From Lama glama (Eukaryota), in assembly GCA_028534125.1 (NCBI GenBank), contig CM052816.1, positions 64,978,001 to 65,042,000 of the forward strand: DNA of 64,000 bases, written 5' to 3'. The notes beneath the pieces were generated by a model, which was given only the letters and a program-made list of their open reading frames with translations, did not search any database and had not been told where the DNA came from. Positions 12,741-26,327 of the stretch are shown one piece after another (position 1 is the stretch's first letter; each line of letters opens with the position of its first letter). The position numbers and the translations under genes were made by a program.

Positions 12741-13744
12741 TACAGCACTTTTTTAACCAGCCACCGGGAAGCAGGTTGAAATCTCCACACTCACTTTTAC
12801 TGCCTTTCATTTCAGCATAATTTACAAGAGATAGAAGGAATGTGTATTAGCTAACTGCGCCACGTACTCCTATTTTCTTGATAATTCTTATTTTTATTAA
12901 CCCAGTGGCTAGAAAGAAAATGAAGTTAATCTTCATCAAAAAGCCTCCCAATGTAAAGCTTAGAGAGCACCAAGCAGCCGGGAATGAAGTAAAGAACTGC
13001 AGTCACATGATTGCTATTTTGGGAGTTTTACATGAAGCACCTACACAATAATCAAATATTGAAGTAGGATTGTAAATTTTGCCCAGAATTTAGGAATGTG
13101 GCAGCTGTTCTGGGGCACATTTACAGGAAAATCATGACCTCAAATGGAATTTGCTGAGGACTGTATATCAATTTACCATCAGGGGAGACAGTATTAGAAA
13201 CCCCTGGACTTTATCCATTAATCACTGTAGATGTGGCATCTCAAACAGAAAAGAGTATGACTGATATAAATAGCACATCGAGAGTTTTTGCTTTAGGTAG
13301 AGAAAACAGTTGAAGGGTGTTGGGGTAGCGCCTTCAGTGTCTCTAGTCCCTTTTCTTTTTCCTTTTAGTTTCAAAATTAATTTTCCATGTATGAGTCTGG
13401 TACTTTAAATATTTAGACATGGTAATTTTAAAAGGAAGATGCGTAGACTGACACTTCTGACCCATTGTTGACAAGGTGCATTTGGATGGGGGACTCTTAC
13501 CAATTATTTTGGCACTCCAGATATTAAATTTTATTTTGTCATTATTTTGTTTTAGCAAGGAATATCTTGATTATTTGTCTCAAAGATGGTAATGGAATTT
13601 TGTCATTTGTTGACAATGAAATTATAATTTAGGAAAGAAAAGAGAAAATGCAAGGTGATCTAATGCCTGGAGAGTCCCTGAAAGCCCATCTGTGGGAAGG
13701 AATAAGGAGCCTCAGTGGGTACGACTGGTGTGATGAGGAGGAGG

Positions 13745-13900
13745 GAGGATGGGTGGAAAGTGTCTAGATTTTGGAGCCCAGCTTGCTTTTGAATTCATCT
13801 TCTGCTGCTTTCTCCCTTGTGTTATTGTGCAAGATCTTAACCTCAATAATCTATGATCTGTAAATTGAGAATAGTAATCACTACTAGCGAAGATGTTTTG
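13745..13900 (+). mobile_element. MIR fragment
   Basis: ttttggagcccag...gcaagatcttaacctc...tctgtaaattgagaatagtaat. Confidence 0.55.
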
Positions 13901-14537
13901 GAGGTGAGGGTGAGGAAAAGACAGGTTAAGCCAGAGATTACAAACTCTATTCCTTGCTTCTCTTGGGAAAACTGGACGATTAAGTAACACATTCTTACAT
14001 GGCTACAAAACTGCAGTTGCCCAGTTTTGACCACTTCTGATGGGGATACTTGTCCCCTACATCCTCCTCGTGGCATTCTTTATACATTATCATTGTTCCT
14101 CTACAACCCCTGACACCTTATCTGCCCATAGTTTATTTGACATGAAAGCTGAGATGTCAGCTAAGTTTAGTTGAAAGAGCATGGACTGTGTACCAGGAGG
14201 CTTTTAGAGTTCTGCCATTATGTGACCCGGGGAGGAGGGCTTCATCTTTGAACTCCAGTTTCCCTCCACTATGAAAAGATGGCTGACAGCTTCCAAAGTC
14301 CGTCTTATTACTTTGTCTTATTCTCTTATTCCTGATGGTGGTCCAGGTCCTACCTGAAGAAATCCCAGGATTAGAGAGAGGAAGAACATCACTGGCAAAC
14401 TGGTTTCTTTCCAACATGGCTGAAGCCCTGTTGGTGGTAGTGTTCCTGGGACGTTAAGGCTTGTCCAGAAACTACAGTGTCAAGTTACTGAGCCCTCACT
14501 GTCCTCCAGACATCAATTTTCCTGACATCAGTCCCTT

Positions 14538-14748
14538 TAGAGCTGTGCTAATATGGTAGCCACCAGCTACGTGTGGCTATTCCCATTAATTAAAATTACA
14601 TAATATTAAAAATCCGGTGCCTCAGGCACACAACCCCATTTTAAATGCTCCACAGCTGCATGTGGCTAGTGGCTGCTGTCCTTAGCTGAGCAGACACAGA
14701 AAGAACATTTGCATCATCACAGAAAGTCCTATCGGGTTGTCCTGTTCT
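14538..14748 (-). mobile_element. MER3-like hAT-Charlie non-autonomous DNA transposon
   Basis: aatatggtagccaccagctacgtgtggctatt...catgtggctagtggct...aacatttgcatcatcacagaaagtcctat. Confidence 0.8.
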
Positions 14749-15434
14749 AGGAGCTCTGCGCCTCTGAAATTACAGTCAGTGACCTGACATGAGAGCGTGT
14801 TGGTTGTCAGTTGAGCAGCAGTGATGCAATCCCAGGAGATGGCCTCTAATTTTAATTATGTTCAAATTAACAAACCCACTGCTCCAAGCAAAAGAGTGGT
14901 TGCTCAACATTCCAGTCTCATAGTTCTCAGCCAGGCAGTCAACATGGTTTTATTAAACACCACCCACTCACTGTGACCTATTGAAATGAGGAATGCATGT
15001 GGCCCTGTCCCCAGATAAATAAACAAATAGAGAGACAAAAGAGAATTGAATGAAGGGAGGGTGTTGGCACTCAAAATACAGACTGTAGGAACCAAAAAAA
15101 TCTCTAGACTTTTTTTTTTAATATCATGGAAAATTATAGACAGCTTTAACAGAATCATCAGGTCACAGCAAAATTCTCTCCCATTTGTGTATTAATATCA
15201 GCATTGCAAACCAAAGTGTCCTTGAGTTCCAAACCAAAGTTTTATAAAATGATTTGTCTGTCCAGCTTTAAAAAGATAAAGCATTTACTTTCTGCCAAGC
15301 ACTATGTTAACTGCTTCACGTGCTTTTTCTTATTTGAGTTTCCTTATGCTCCCCCAAGAAAGGTCAGCCGTGTACCCGTGGAGAGAACACACCAGGAAGG
15401 GGACAAAGGCACAGCTCCGGAGTAAAGCAGGCAG

Positions 15435-15610
15435 GCTTCGATCCTAGCTCCTGCTACTTACAATCTCGGGACTTGGGCATCCACTTAACCCCTATTCACT
15501 CTAGTTTCCCTGTCTGCAACACGGCGTATACAACATCTGCTTCCCGTGACTACATGAGGGCTGAGTTGGATAAGGCAGATCAAATGCTTGGTGCGATACC
15601 TGGTGTACAG
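15435..15610 (+). mobile_element. MIR fragment
   Basis: gatcctagctcctgctactta...cttgggcatccacttaacc...agtttccctgtctg. Confidence 0.6.
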
Positions 15611-16694
15611 ATTGTGAAGAAAGGCGGAGAAGAGTCATCCGCTCAATCCCTATAGCAGTGTATCTTGTACACACTGGACATTCATCAACTGTTTGTTGAG
15701 TAGATGGATGGATGGAAGATGGAGGCCACATTTTCCTTCATCTGTGGAACACTTCCTGGGAGGGTAGGTGGTCACCTAAGTGGAATGGGTTGGGGGAGGC
15801 CAAAAGCCTCTTATTCAATCCCAGACACCTTCCCACTGGCCCTGGCAGGTGTTTTGAAATTGAAGCATTACTCATTCCATATAGCTAAAGATCACTATTA
15901 AAAGCAAATATTACGTTAGAGCAGGACTTCACAAAACTATTGTGTGCCCCGGTTCCAGTCCAGCTGCCGAGCCTAAGGCAGCGCTGTGTGCTGGTGACAG
16001 CTCTGGTCTGGGAGCCGGAGGATCTGGCCTCCAGACCTGGCTCTGATATTACCTCACATCTGGCATCACATCCTGGGGCCCCAGGGCCATGGTTTCTTAT
16101 TAATTAAATGGAGGATTGGAGTAGATCCCCTGTAGATAGTTTGATTTGTAATTCTATAAGTGGGGCATTAGGCACCAAGTGTTTGTGGCCAGGCATGGTG
16201 CCGAGTGTGGGCTCCAGAGAGGTGACTCTGTAGAGATGATAGTTCTGGAAGGACAGGGAACAGGGAGCATTTATCAGACGTGGTGGTGGGTGCCTGATAA
16301 GAGGGCACAAGGGACGTACCATGAGGGTGAATAGGATTCAACAATGACAGTTTTAGGACTGAGTTACAACTTTGGGTTCAATCTGATCTATAAAAAAAAA
16401 TTGGAATTTTACTGGATGTGAATCATCAACAAAAGATCACCAACCCTGTGGGACTGGAGTGAAGCCAGTTCACTGCTCTGTGGTCTTTAACCCTGGGTAC
16501 TCTCTCGCAGCAAGGGCTTGTGCATTTATGGAAAATTGTCACAGGGCATTTCAAGGCGTGACTGTCAACTTGGTGGTGCAGCTATGGACTGCCAGGAAGC
16601 TCTAGGCCTGGAGAGACTGGCTCGGCCCACAGTGATCGGGTGTGAAGCAGCGTTTGTGGCTGTATGTGTTCCGGGAACAAGGCCGGGAGCCAAC

Positions 16695-16900
16695 AATCAT
16701 TGAACGCCTTGCGCGTGCCAGGCCCTGTGGTGGACATTTCAATATGTTCTCTCATGTAAACCTCGCAGCATCTCCATGACGTAGAAATTATTGTCTTCAG
16801 GACACTAGCGAGGAAACTGAGACTTGGAGGAAAGTTGTAGACCTAAGGTTTGACCATAAGATCTCTGGATGCTCAAGTGCAAACATTTTCCCCAAGCATG
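16695..16900 (-). mobile_element. MIR
   Basis: cattgaacgcct...gtgccaggccctgtg...gaggaaactgagact. Confidence 0.65.
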
Positions 16901-18644
16901 GCACACACCCTCCAGGATGTTCTGGCAGATATCACCTGCTGTTATAATTCCGTGTTCTTCTCCTGTGGACATCGAGGATGAAATTACTGTTCTCACATTA
17001 TTGCTGTTTCCAGGCTTTTCAGGTACAAGGGAAAAATAACCACCGGTGGCCCCGTCACCTCCCACTCCGAGGAGCAGCATCTGAGGTCATTACATAGTTG
17101 TATTTTTCAGCTGTCAGGGTTCTGATGTGATATTTTTGTTGAATCTTATCTTTTTTCCTTTTACACTTGGTCGATGAGGAGTCAGAGTTTTGTGTTTTCC
17201 CCCCACTTTGGTAACTTGGGTTTTATTGAGATTCATTTCATGTATTTTGAAAGGTTAACAAAAAAGCTGTAAATTCTCCGGGTTCCTTATTAAGATGTAG
17301 CAGTCAGGAGGGCAGAATGTGCCTATTTATTGAGCTGGACGTATCTGCTGATTGAGGCAGATGCTGTAAACATATGTCCTGGGAGGCTTTTCAACGTTCT
17401 GTAACAAGCAGCACATTAATCAAGGCTGGACAAACTGGAGGGGTCTCTGCAGGGCTGAGGTTTCCTGGGAAGAGCCTGTTAAGACAAAGAATTAGCCAGT
17501 GCTCACGTTTGACATATGGATCCCTGGGACATGGGCTGGGGAGGGAGATGCTGCAGAGAGCCCTGAATCGCCCTTGATGAAGATCAATTTCGAGTGATAT
17601 CTCCACCTGCAACTGATTATAGGCACATAGCCTCTATCTGCCCGGTGATCTTGCCTTGAAAAAGAAGTAGGCTCTGTCCTTCCATCTTAAGATAGGGAAA
17701 GAAATGTTTGCTTGCTCCAGGGGGTGTATTATGAACAATCTGGGGCTTCAATATTTGAGTAGACTGAAGGAGGATGTCCTTGAAACATGGTCTTTTTTAG
17801 TTGGATCATTATTTACAGTCATGGTGGTTATCATCACTCTGTCATATATTCAAGAGTTTATATCATGTAGCTTAAAGGATAATAGGGAAACAAGCCCCTG
17901 TGTATACCCTGCTACTTATGGAATAGAAGCCCATCCCCTTTTGGATTCTCCTCTGAACCTGTCTTCTGAAATTTGTGTTTATCATGTCCTTGCTTTTCTT
18001 GACAGTTTTACTACATAACCATGGTTCATTAAACAGTTTTCCTCTATTCAGAAGAGGAAAATTTTGTGCTTTTGTGTAATAAAGCCCTGTGTACCCCATA
18101 CCAATTTTCCTGTTTACAAAGCCTGGTTTGTTTTAAAATAGCTTAGAAGGTCTGTGTCCCAGTTGTTGTGTTGTGATGCTGTCTGTCATGATGTGCAGTG
18201 AAATTAAAACATTTGTGCAGGAAGCAGTCTCTACCTCTCTGCCCCCACTACCACATAGCTCTTGCTGTTAGTTCCATAAATTAGTATATTTTACTGTAGG
18301 CTATTAGAACAAGGAAGTTACATGTTATTAAATATCCTTGGAGTTTGAAAAGAATTTACATTTAAGTATAGTGGGAAACTAATAAAAGACTTTTGAGCCG
18401 TATTCTCATCTATTTCTGCTTGCCTGTTCTACACTCTCCTGTAGTGACTGAGATTCTGAGGAAGTGGTCACTGAATGATGTAGTAATGAAAAACATATGA
18501 GCCTGGCCATCCTTGTGATTTCCTAGGACCACAGGTAGGATGAGGCCTGCATGCTGATATGGATTTAGTGGCAGCTCCTCATATGGCTCGATGCCATTAT
18601 CATTGTTCTGATTTAGCACAAATATATCAATTTACATAATATAT

Positions 18645-19195
18645 CCCTTAGGGATCTTCAGGGCAAGCAATTGAAACTGATTCTTGCTGGCTTAAGCATA
18701 AAAGATATTTCCTGAAAAATATCAGGCATTTGGTGGAATCACTGTGAAATTTCAGGCACCAGATTCAGAATATGGTTGGGAACCAAGAAACCAGAGCCAT
18801 AGTCAAAGTCACCCCATGGAACCACCTAGTGAGCCATCACTGCTGCCCCACTGGACATGACATGGTGGCTTGCGTGCCTGCGGCTGGTGTTGGCCTTGGA
18901 TGCTTGGAGTTGCTGATGCTGTTGGCCTGGCAACTGGCTGCTGCCACCTCAGTTACCAGAATGAAGGCGCCGTGTGCTCTGAGTCACTGGCCTCTGATTT
19001 GAAGCCCCAGGGTGACTCACTGCTCATGACTAGCTCATGATCTGCGCCATAATTCCCAGAGGGGCTGGAAAAGGAAGAATCTGGTTACTTTGACTGCTGT
19101 AATGAAAGTGACTTTGTTTCCCACAAAGACATATATGGTAGGAAATTCACCGAATAGAGGAGGAGGCTCGGAAGCTGGGAGGCCACAATTTGATT
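18645..19195 (-). mobile_element. Old ERVL-MaLR LTR (MLT1N2/O-like)
   Basis: gcaagcaattgaaactgattcttgctggcttaagcataaaag is an antisense MLT1 terminus, followed by a GC-richer LTR body. Confidence 0.55.
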
Positions 19196-19659
19196 ATACA
19201 TCTCATTTTATCCAAAGGCATTCCTCTGAGCCTTTAATTGTCCTCTTTGCTGACATCTTTTTTCCTTTCAAGCTGTTTATTAATATTCTATATTTCAAGT
19301 AGGAGGAGAAATGATTAAGAGATAAAATTCAAAATTATTTTACTTTATAGCTTTCTTGAAGTTTCTTTAAGTAATACTCAGAAGTAACATCACACTGACT
19401 TTACATCCTCATCCCTAGAACCTGGCAGTGGAGGAGTGAACCTATTTTCTGAGAGTACATTCTAGCTCCAAAATAGGCTAGAATGGATCAGTTGGAAAGA
19501 GATGAAAAGCAGTTATTTAAATAAGGTGTAAGTATTGCTTAAACTTAGCCTGTTCCTCCCTCATTAGTATAAGTAATCAAATCATGCAATTTCGGGGACC
19601 TGAGATTTCCATTTTGGAATATGCATCTCACTGTAATCTGGAGACAGGCAGATGGGTAG

Positions 19660-19890
19660 ATGTGCAGAAGCAGAGCTTGGTGATCACAGTCAGGGTGCTG
19701 GCGTGCGACAGACCTGAGTGCAAATCGCTGTTCAGCGGTGTGACCTCGGGTGAGTTCCTTCATTCTCTGGGTCCATTCCTCACTTGAGAAAGGGCAGTGA
19801 TGATCCCTCCCTCACAGGGTTGATGTGGGGATTAAATAAATTCGTATACGGAAAGCTCAAAATATGCATTCAATACATGGTTGCTATTTT
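19660..19890 (+). mobile_element. MIR SINE
   Basis: acagacctgagtgcaaatc...gtgtgacctcgggtgagttcc...ctcacagggttgatgtggggattaaat. Confidence 0.75.
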
Positions 19891-22800
19891 TTTCTCCTAA
19901 TTCTTATTATAGCAGAACAGACGAAAGGCTGGCTCTCTCAACATGAGAAGGGTTCCTTTTGGAGAAATGCCTCCTCATCAGAAGTATCCAAGTGGAGGCT
20001 GGTTGACTTAATGCGAGGGCTGTCTTAGAGGGAATTTCTGCGGTGCAGAGTACGTGTGGTGAACGGAGGGGTTTTCAAGGTGCCTTTCAGAAGCTGATTC
20101 ATTGGTATAGTAATTCCCTCAGGAACTCAGACAAGGGTTAATTGTCTGAGCTAGGCTGCTTCTGCTCTAAATGGCAAAAATACCAGCCGCTCAGGACGTG
20201 TGTGGACCAAGTCAACACCTGAATGGTAATGGACTGATTAGGCCAAGGTGGAAATTGGTTGGTCTGTCCAGATAGTGATAGGTCGTAAATGTGACAGCCA
20301 GTTTTATCACTGTCATTGCAACTCTGACTACTTTCCCTGACTTGATTTAGCCAATATGTTGGGTAGCTTCCACAATGATGGTGAGAGTGAGATGCCTCGC
20401 ACATTTGCAAAGCTATCCACAAATGGGAGGCCTTCCCAGCTGGGCACTGGTTGCCGATTCTCGTGGTAACTGTGGACTAGGTTTCAGCTCTCAGGTGCCC
20501 TCTTCAGCTGGGGAGCTTTGTGCAGTAAACAACCTGTCCAGCTCTATACGGTGGTCCTGGCAGTTAGAGATGAGCAGGCCTGGGGAGTGTGATACTGGAA
20601 AGGGGGCTCAAACAACTTGTGGAAGAGGCCACAAGTAGGGTAGAGGGATGCTGAGGCAGAAGGTGGAGGGTTCTGAAGAGGAGTTTTGTTTGCTTTTTTC
20701 TCTCTGAATCTTGATACCCTGTATTAACAGGACAGTGTGGAATGATGTCCTATGTTTTATAGGCACGAAGAAAAAGAAAGAAAAGGCACAGTCTTTGCTC
20801 TTAAGATCTTTGCAGTCTAACTTAGCAATTCCATTCCCCCACCTTTTATGCCTGACTACTTATTCCATTTACTCCTTGTTCTTCCTCTTTAAATTGAGGA
20901 AGCAGAGGCAAAACCAGACACCGTGATAATGAAATTTGATGTTGTGGTCTTTGATTACACTTCCGTCAAGTGTATTTCAAGCCTCAATATTTCACATTGT
21001 GAATAATAATGTTCTTTGTAGGAAAAATTCTTAATTTGCAAATGTTGCATATGGCCTTTTATCAGGAGCTATGGACTGTCAAAATAAATAGATCTAATTA
21101 TGAGCCATTGTTGTGGAATGGAACATCTTAAATAATAGAAGTCAAATTTCTAAAAATTAAAAAAAAGACCTTACATTTTAAAAGTAACTTGGAATGATCA
21201 GCCTTCTGGGGTTGACTGGTTTTCAACAAGTTCTTCAGCAGATGGAGGCTGCCAGCTTTCTAGTGGTACAGCTGTTCCCGTAACTAAAGGCAGGGATTTG
21301 CTGGGACCTCACCATCACCTCTTCATTTGAATAGGACCTGGTTTAGGAGAACCCCACTGTGCTTGTACGTTGAGAAGAGGCACTGGAAAAAGTCTTGGGA
21401 CTGAGCCATTTTTAAGGAGTCTGGTTTCTTGTGGGTCATTTTAGGAGCTTTAGTGTAACTTTAAACAACACTGGGTTTTAAAACTGCCTTAAATGTAACG
21501 ATGTGAGAGAATTGATGTTTTTCTGCAGGAGTTCCTTGGTTTGGTGAATTGGTTTTTGCTTTCAACAAAATGTTTGTTTCAAAGCAGGTTGTGTCAGCCC
21601 CCAGATCAGTGGAGATTCACGGAAATTCATGGGCTCCACCAAATCCATGTCCTTGTTGCTGCTCTGTCCCCAAAGAAAGAGCTTAGACATTTGTGAACAG
21701 GCACTTTAGGAATTTGTAACTTTCTAACTGGTGACTTGAAGTATTTACTTCATTTAGTGGTTAGTGGTTACTTGAGTTTGCTAAGGAAAATTTAGGGGAC
21801 CACATATTTGAATTGATGAAAATAAAATAGCATAAAAATCTAGATGATGAAATTTATCTTACCTTTTGTTGATGAGTTCAGTTTAGCTCTTAAGACTGCA
21901 ATAAATAAGAGGTTCTATTAGTTGAAAACATACATGAATTTAGAAAATTTAGGCAAGTCTCTAGATAATAACCCTCTCAGGGAAACATAGAATGAATTCT
22001 CTTTTTAAAGATGTGAATTAGTTTCCTAATAGAGTTAAGTTAATATTTTACTCTGAAACAATTTTTTCCCACCAGAATCTATGGTAAATTGGTAAAGAAA
22101 AATCAACTAGCCATTCACGACTGCTAGAGTTTATTTGCCATGGCCATCCCAGTGTTTAGTGAGTGACTAAAGTGGAAATAGTTTGAAATGTACTCCTGCA
22201 GTATTAGATTTGGGTGAATCCAGAGATATTTGCCATGAGTTTGGCAAAATAATTATTGTGGAATTAATTGTTGAATTGGAATTTTCTGTTGCCAGCAAAT
22301 ATTCACATTGCCAAGTCCTCTTTCCCCTTTATCTTCTAAATCCAAGAGTATTTCAAGGGAAATTCAGTACAAACATGTCTTATTCCTTTAACTTTTTGAT
22401 CCAATTAGCTGTGTTTTCTAATTGCAGTGAGGTCTTCATGGGGTCTTTTTTCCCAAGTCTTCCAGCTTGAAGTGGGGAATAAATGAAACTGATCTCCCCA
22501 AGTACTGAGCACAGATGTGCAGTGCTCAGAAATTTTCAGCTTAGAAAAGACTTTCTACCTTTGTGGCAAATCAGGCAGTGTGGAGTCATCAAGGGCCCGG
22601 TTCCCACTGCCTTTTTATGAAGTTATTTCAATGAGGGGAACATCCACCCTGTGGGGGTTTAAATTGGTTATAGCTTGAGTCCCACAAAAGCAGGTTCTGG
22701 GATTTGTTTGAGCTCTTGATTTATTGGAACCCATCTGATGGTGTGTCATCCACTGACCTCTGTGATATGAGCCCATCAGAGGCCAGGAGGTTCACATTCA

Positions 22801-23719
22801 GATCTTTGTCCCTGAGAACATTTCTCAGCCTCTATGAAATCCTCCCCTGATTCCATAAGAGCAGTAGTCACAACTACCTTAGGGGAAGTACCCAGTTCAA
22901 TACATTGCAGATCTTCCATTCTTTTGCTTGAGTATCAAGTTCAGAATCTTCCTTATAGCTCCCTTCTTTGGGGAAGTTTAGGAGGAACTGTTTGACCATG
23001 AGAGTGGTGGTTGGAAGTATAAGTTAGAGGCTGATGTTCTCCATTTAGAGAAGTTGCTTTAAAGAGAGAATGTTAGTGACTTTCCAGAAGCCAGGCAAAG
23101 ACCAGTTTCCCTGTGAAGTTGGGAAGATCTAGGTGGGATTAATAAAAAACCAGAAAATGAAGATGGAGAGGGATTTCTAACTGCATATCAATCAGCAGCA
23201 TGAAGAAGTTTCTTATGTGCATCTCTAATTAGCTAATTAATCCTTAATGTATTAACTCATTCATCAATTTAAGAAATATTCATTACTTTAAGGGCTTCTC
23301 TACCAGGCAAAGCTTTGGGCACTGGAGTTACAAAATGAACAAGACACATTTTTTTTCCCCTTTAAGGAGCCTAGAATGAAATATATTATACAAGTAACTA
23401 CAGTGATTTCTCCTCAGATCAAATAAAAGTGAGGATTATCTGTTTCCTAATATTATTTTTTGAAGAAAAATGCTTGAAACTTCAAATAGGAGAAAACAAA
23501 TTCATGTTCACAGTTGGTTTGTCTGCACAATACTGTCATCACAAACCAAGTAACAGTAATGCAGGATTTGGACTGTGAGTAGCACTGTCAGTTTCAGTCC
23601 TGACTTGTCCAAAGGATGCAAGTATTAGTATCATTTCTTTTGAGAAGCAAAACAATCAAAACCACTGTCAGTACAAGCTCAGGGTATCCTTGGTGCGAGA
23701 GATTTCTATCATAATAACG

Positions 23720-23940
23720 ATTCCTTATATTGTGTGGAGTTTGACGTTTATAGAGCTTTTACAAACATTACCACATTTAATCTTCATAATAGCCCTGACA
23801 GCAGGTCTTGCTATTTCCATTTTTTTTCTGTTGAGAAAATGGAATCTCAGTAATTGTGACTAAGTTAGTCAGTTTCAGAAAGGGTCTTCAGTGGAGGTTG
23901 TCTGCCTCTAAATCCAGGGAAATTTGTATTCTACCTCAAC
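23720..23940 (-). mobile_element. MIR
   Basis: catttaatcttcataatagccctg...tccattttttttctgttgagaaaatggaatctcag. Confidence 0.6.
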
Positions 23941-24052
23941 AAGATTTTATGAAAGGACCAAGTGGACCAAGCGTGGGTCTGGATAAGAAACATCACAGCT
24001 ATCAAAGTGATGGGAGAGGCCTTATCATTTCTTAGGTTATTCTAGGGGATGA

Positions 24053-24552
24053 TGTGGTGGGAAGAATGAATGGCCATCAAAGAATTCCACATCCTCATCT
24101 CCAGGATCCAGGAATATGTTAGGTGGCAGGACAAAGGGAAATTAAGGTTGCAGATCGATTTAAAGCAGCTAACCAGATGACCTTAAGATGGGGAGAATAT
24201 TTTATTCTGGGTGGGTATAACATGACCCAGGCAAGCAGAAAAAGAGAGTCAGAGGGAGCTGGGACTAAGGAAGAAAAATCAGAGGGATGTGACGTTGCTG
24301 GCTTTGAAAATGGAGGAAGGAGCTGTAAGTTAAGGAGTGGGGATGACTGACCTGTAGAAGCTGGAAAACTCACAGAAACAAAATTTCCCCTAAAACCTCC
24401 AGAAAGGAACACAGTCACGCCATACTTTATTTCAGCTGGTTGTGCCCCACGTTGGACTTCTGACCTGCAAAACTGTAAGATAGTAAATTTTTGTTGCTTT
24501 GTGCCACTGAGTTCGTGGTCATTTGTTACAGCAAGTGAAGGAAACTGACACA
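24053..24552 (+). mobile_element. MLT1D-like solo LTR (ERVL-MaLR)
   Basis: TG...CA termini, 500 bp; MLT1D phrases (aagggaaattaaggttgcagat, ggacttctgacctgcaaaactgtaagatag, tttgttacagca); near-TSD GATGA/GATGG. Confidence 0.85.
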
Positions 24553-24659
24553 GATGGGGTGGCTGTTAGAGCCAGACCCGCAGCTCTGCACCTGCAAAGC
24601 CGGCAGTGCGACTGGGAGCCCTATGTTCTCACTGTGTGAGGACAGTTACAGGTTGGGTC

Positions 24660-25100
24660 AATAGTTCATTCAAATAGTTAGTAATAAATATGTCTTGCAC
24701 ATCTACTTGATGCCAGGTACTATTCTAGGGCTCACAGTAAACAAGACATAAAAAAATTCTGCCTTCATGAAGCTATTCTTGTAGAAGGGGAGACAGGCAA
24801 TAAGTAAAACACATCATATACTATATAGTGATAAGAAAAGTGTAAGGAGAGAAGGTGATAGAAAGTGCTGTGTGTGTGTGTACAGTGGTTTGTAAATTTG
24901 GGGTGGGGCTACCAAGGGCAGGTTTACTGAGAAACTGTTATGTAAATAAAGACCTGAAGACTTCTGTCAGGATAAGAAGACAAGGCATGTGGATTTCTGG
25001 GGAGAGAGAGTCCAGAGCAAAGAGGATGCAAAGGCCCTGAGGACAGAGGGTCCCTGACATGCTGCAGGATCAGGGAGAGTGGGTTGGTGAGAAGGTAGGA
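24660..25100 (-). mobile_element. L2
   Basis: ttcattcaaat...tgccaggtactattctaggg...aacaagaca...tgccttcatgaagct...gcaaaggccctgagg. Confidence 0.75.
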
Positions 25101-25858
25101 AAAACTGGGGTGCCTGGTTCATCTTCTGAATACTGAGGCTTATAGCCTCCTTGGGCCTGGGGTTGGAATCTCTCCTCAGATGGTGGCCCTTTTTTAATCA
25201 CCTCTGCTGCAAAGTAAAAGCAGAGCATTTCCAAAGGCCTGCCTGAGGGAGCAGATAGTATCAGAGAATTTCCCAGCGCTGATAACCAATTTTATGGATC
25301 AGTCATTTGAATTAATAAAGAGACTGGGGGACAGTGATGCAAATAATATAAGTACTAGTTGGCATTTCCTTGAAAATTTGAATCACGCTTGCTTTTCAAA
25401 GAGTCGTATGGTTGGTTAGTGACTGGAAACAGGCAGAATTGGGAAGGTTCAAACCCAACCGGCTGTTCACAGAGTGATGGCGGGAAAGGTCAACCCCCTT
25501 TTCTCTCGTCACATTGCTCATATCTAATACAGATCTCTCCAAGTAACTTATCCCTCAGCACCCACAGCCATGATCTCCCTAAAGCCCTCGTGTAGCCTTT
25601 CTGTAAGGGAGCAGGCTACACAGAGGACCTGGAGTGATGCTCGCAGTGGAGGGGAGGAAGTTTGAACACCTACAGCTCAGAAGGAGCCACGTGTGGCCAG
25701 CGTGGAGCAGGAGTAGGTTGGGTTGGCTACAAACTCACCCTGGAAAAAGGGACATGTCAGAAACAACAGAGCTTGCTTTCCCACACAGCAAAGATCTATG
25801 AAATAGAGAACAGTGATAGGGCAAACCACAGGAAGAGAAAAAGGTGACCCTAGAGGTA

Positions 25859-26327
25859 TGTGGCAGTTTAGCATCATAGCCTCCAAATTCTCTGCTGCTT
25901 TTCCCACCAAGAAGTGAGGTCTATGCCTCTGTCCCCTTGAATCCTCTTGTGATGGTTTGACTGACAGATGTAGCCAAAGGGACACAGTGTCGGTTTCAGA
26001 GTGCAGGCCTAAAGAAATTGGTAGTTTCCACTTTTGGTTTGTGGAGAGGCTTGCTCTTGAAACCCAGTTACCATGCTGTGAGGAAGCTCAACCCACCCCA
26101 GATAAAGGCCCATGTGGAGCAGGACAAGCAGCCGGCCATGTGCGAGAGCCATCTTGGAAGCAGATCCTCCAGGCCCAGTGGAGTGACCCCAGTTGATGTG
26201 AAACGGAGCAGACGTGAGCTCTGCCTGCTGAGCCCTGCCCAGGCTGTGGATTTGTGATAAAAATGATTATTGCTGCTTTAAGCTACTAACGTTTGAGGTA
26301 GCCTGTTGTATGTGGGTAATTGCAACA
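25859..26327 (+). mobile_element. MLT1F/G-like solo LTR with perfect 5-bp TSD AGGTA
   Basis: TG...CA termini; AGGTA at 25854-25858 and 26328-26332; MLT1 phrases (ccatgctgtgaggaagctca, gccatcttggaagcagatcctcca, tgctttaagctactaa). Confidence 0.85.
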
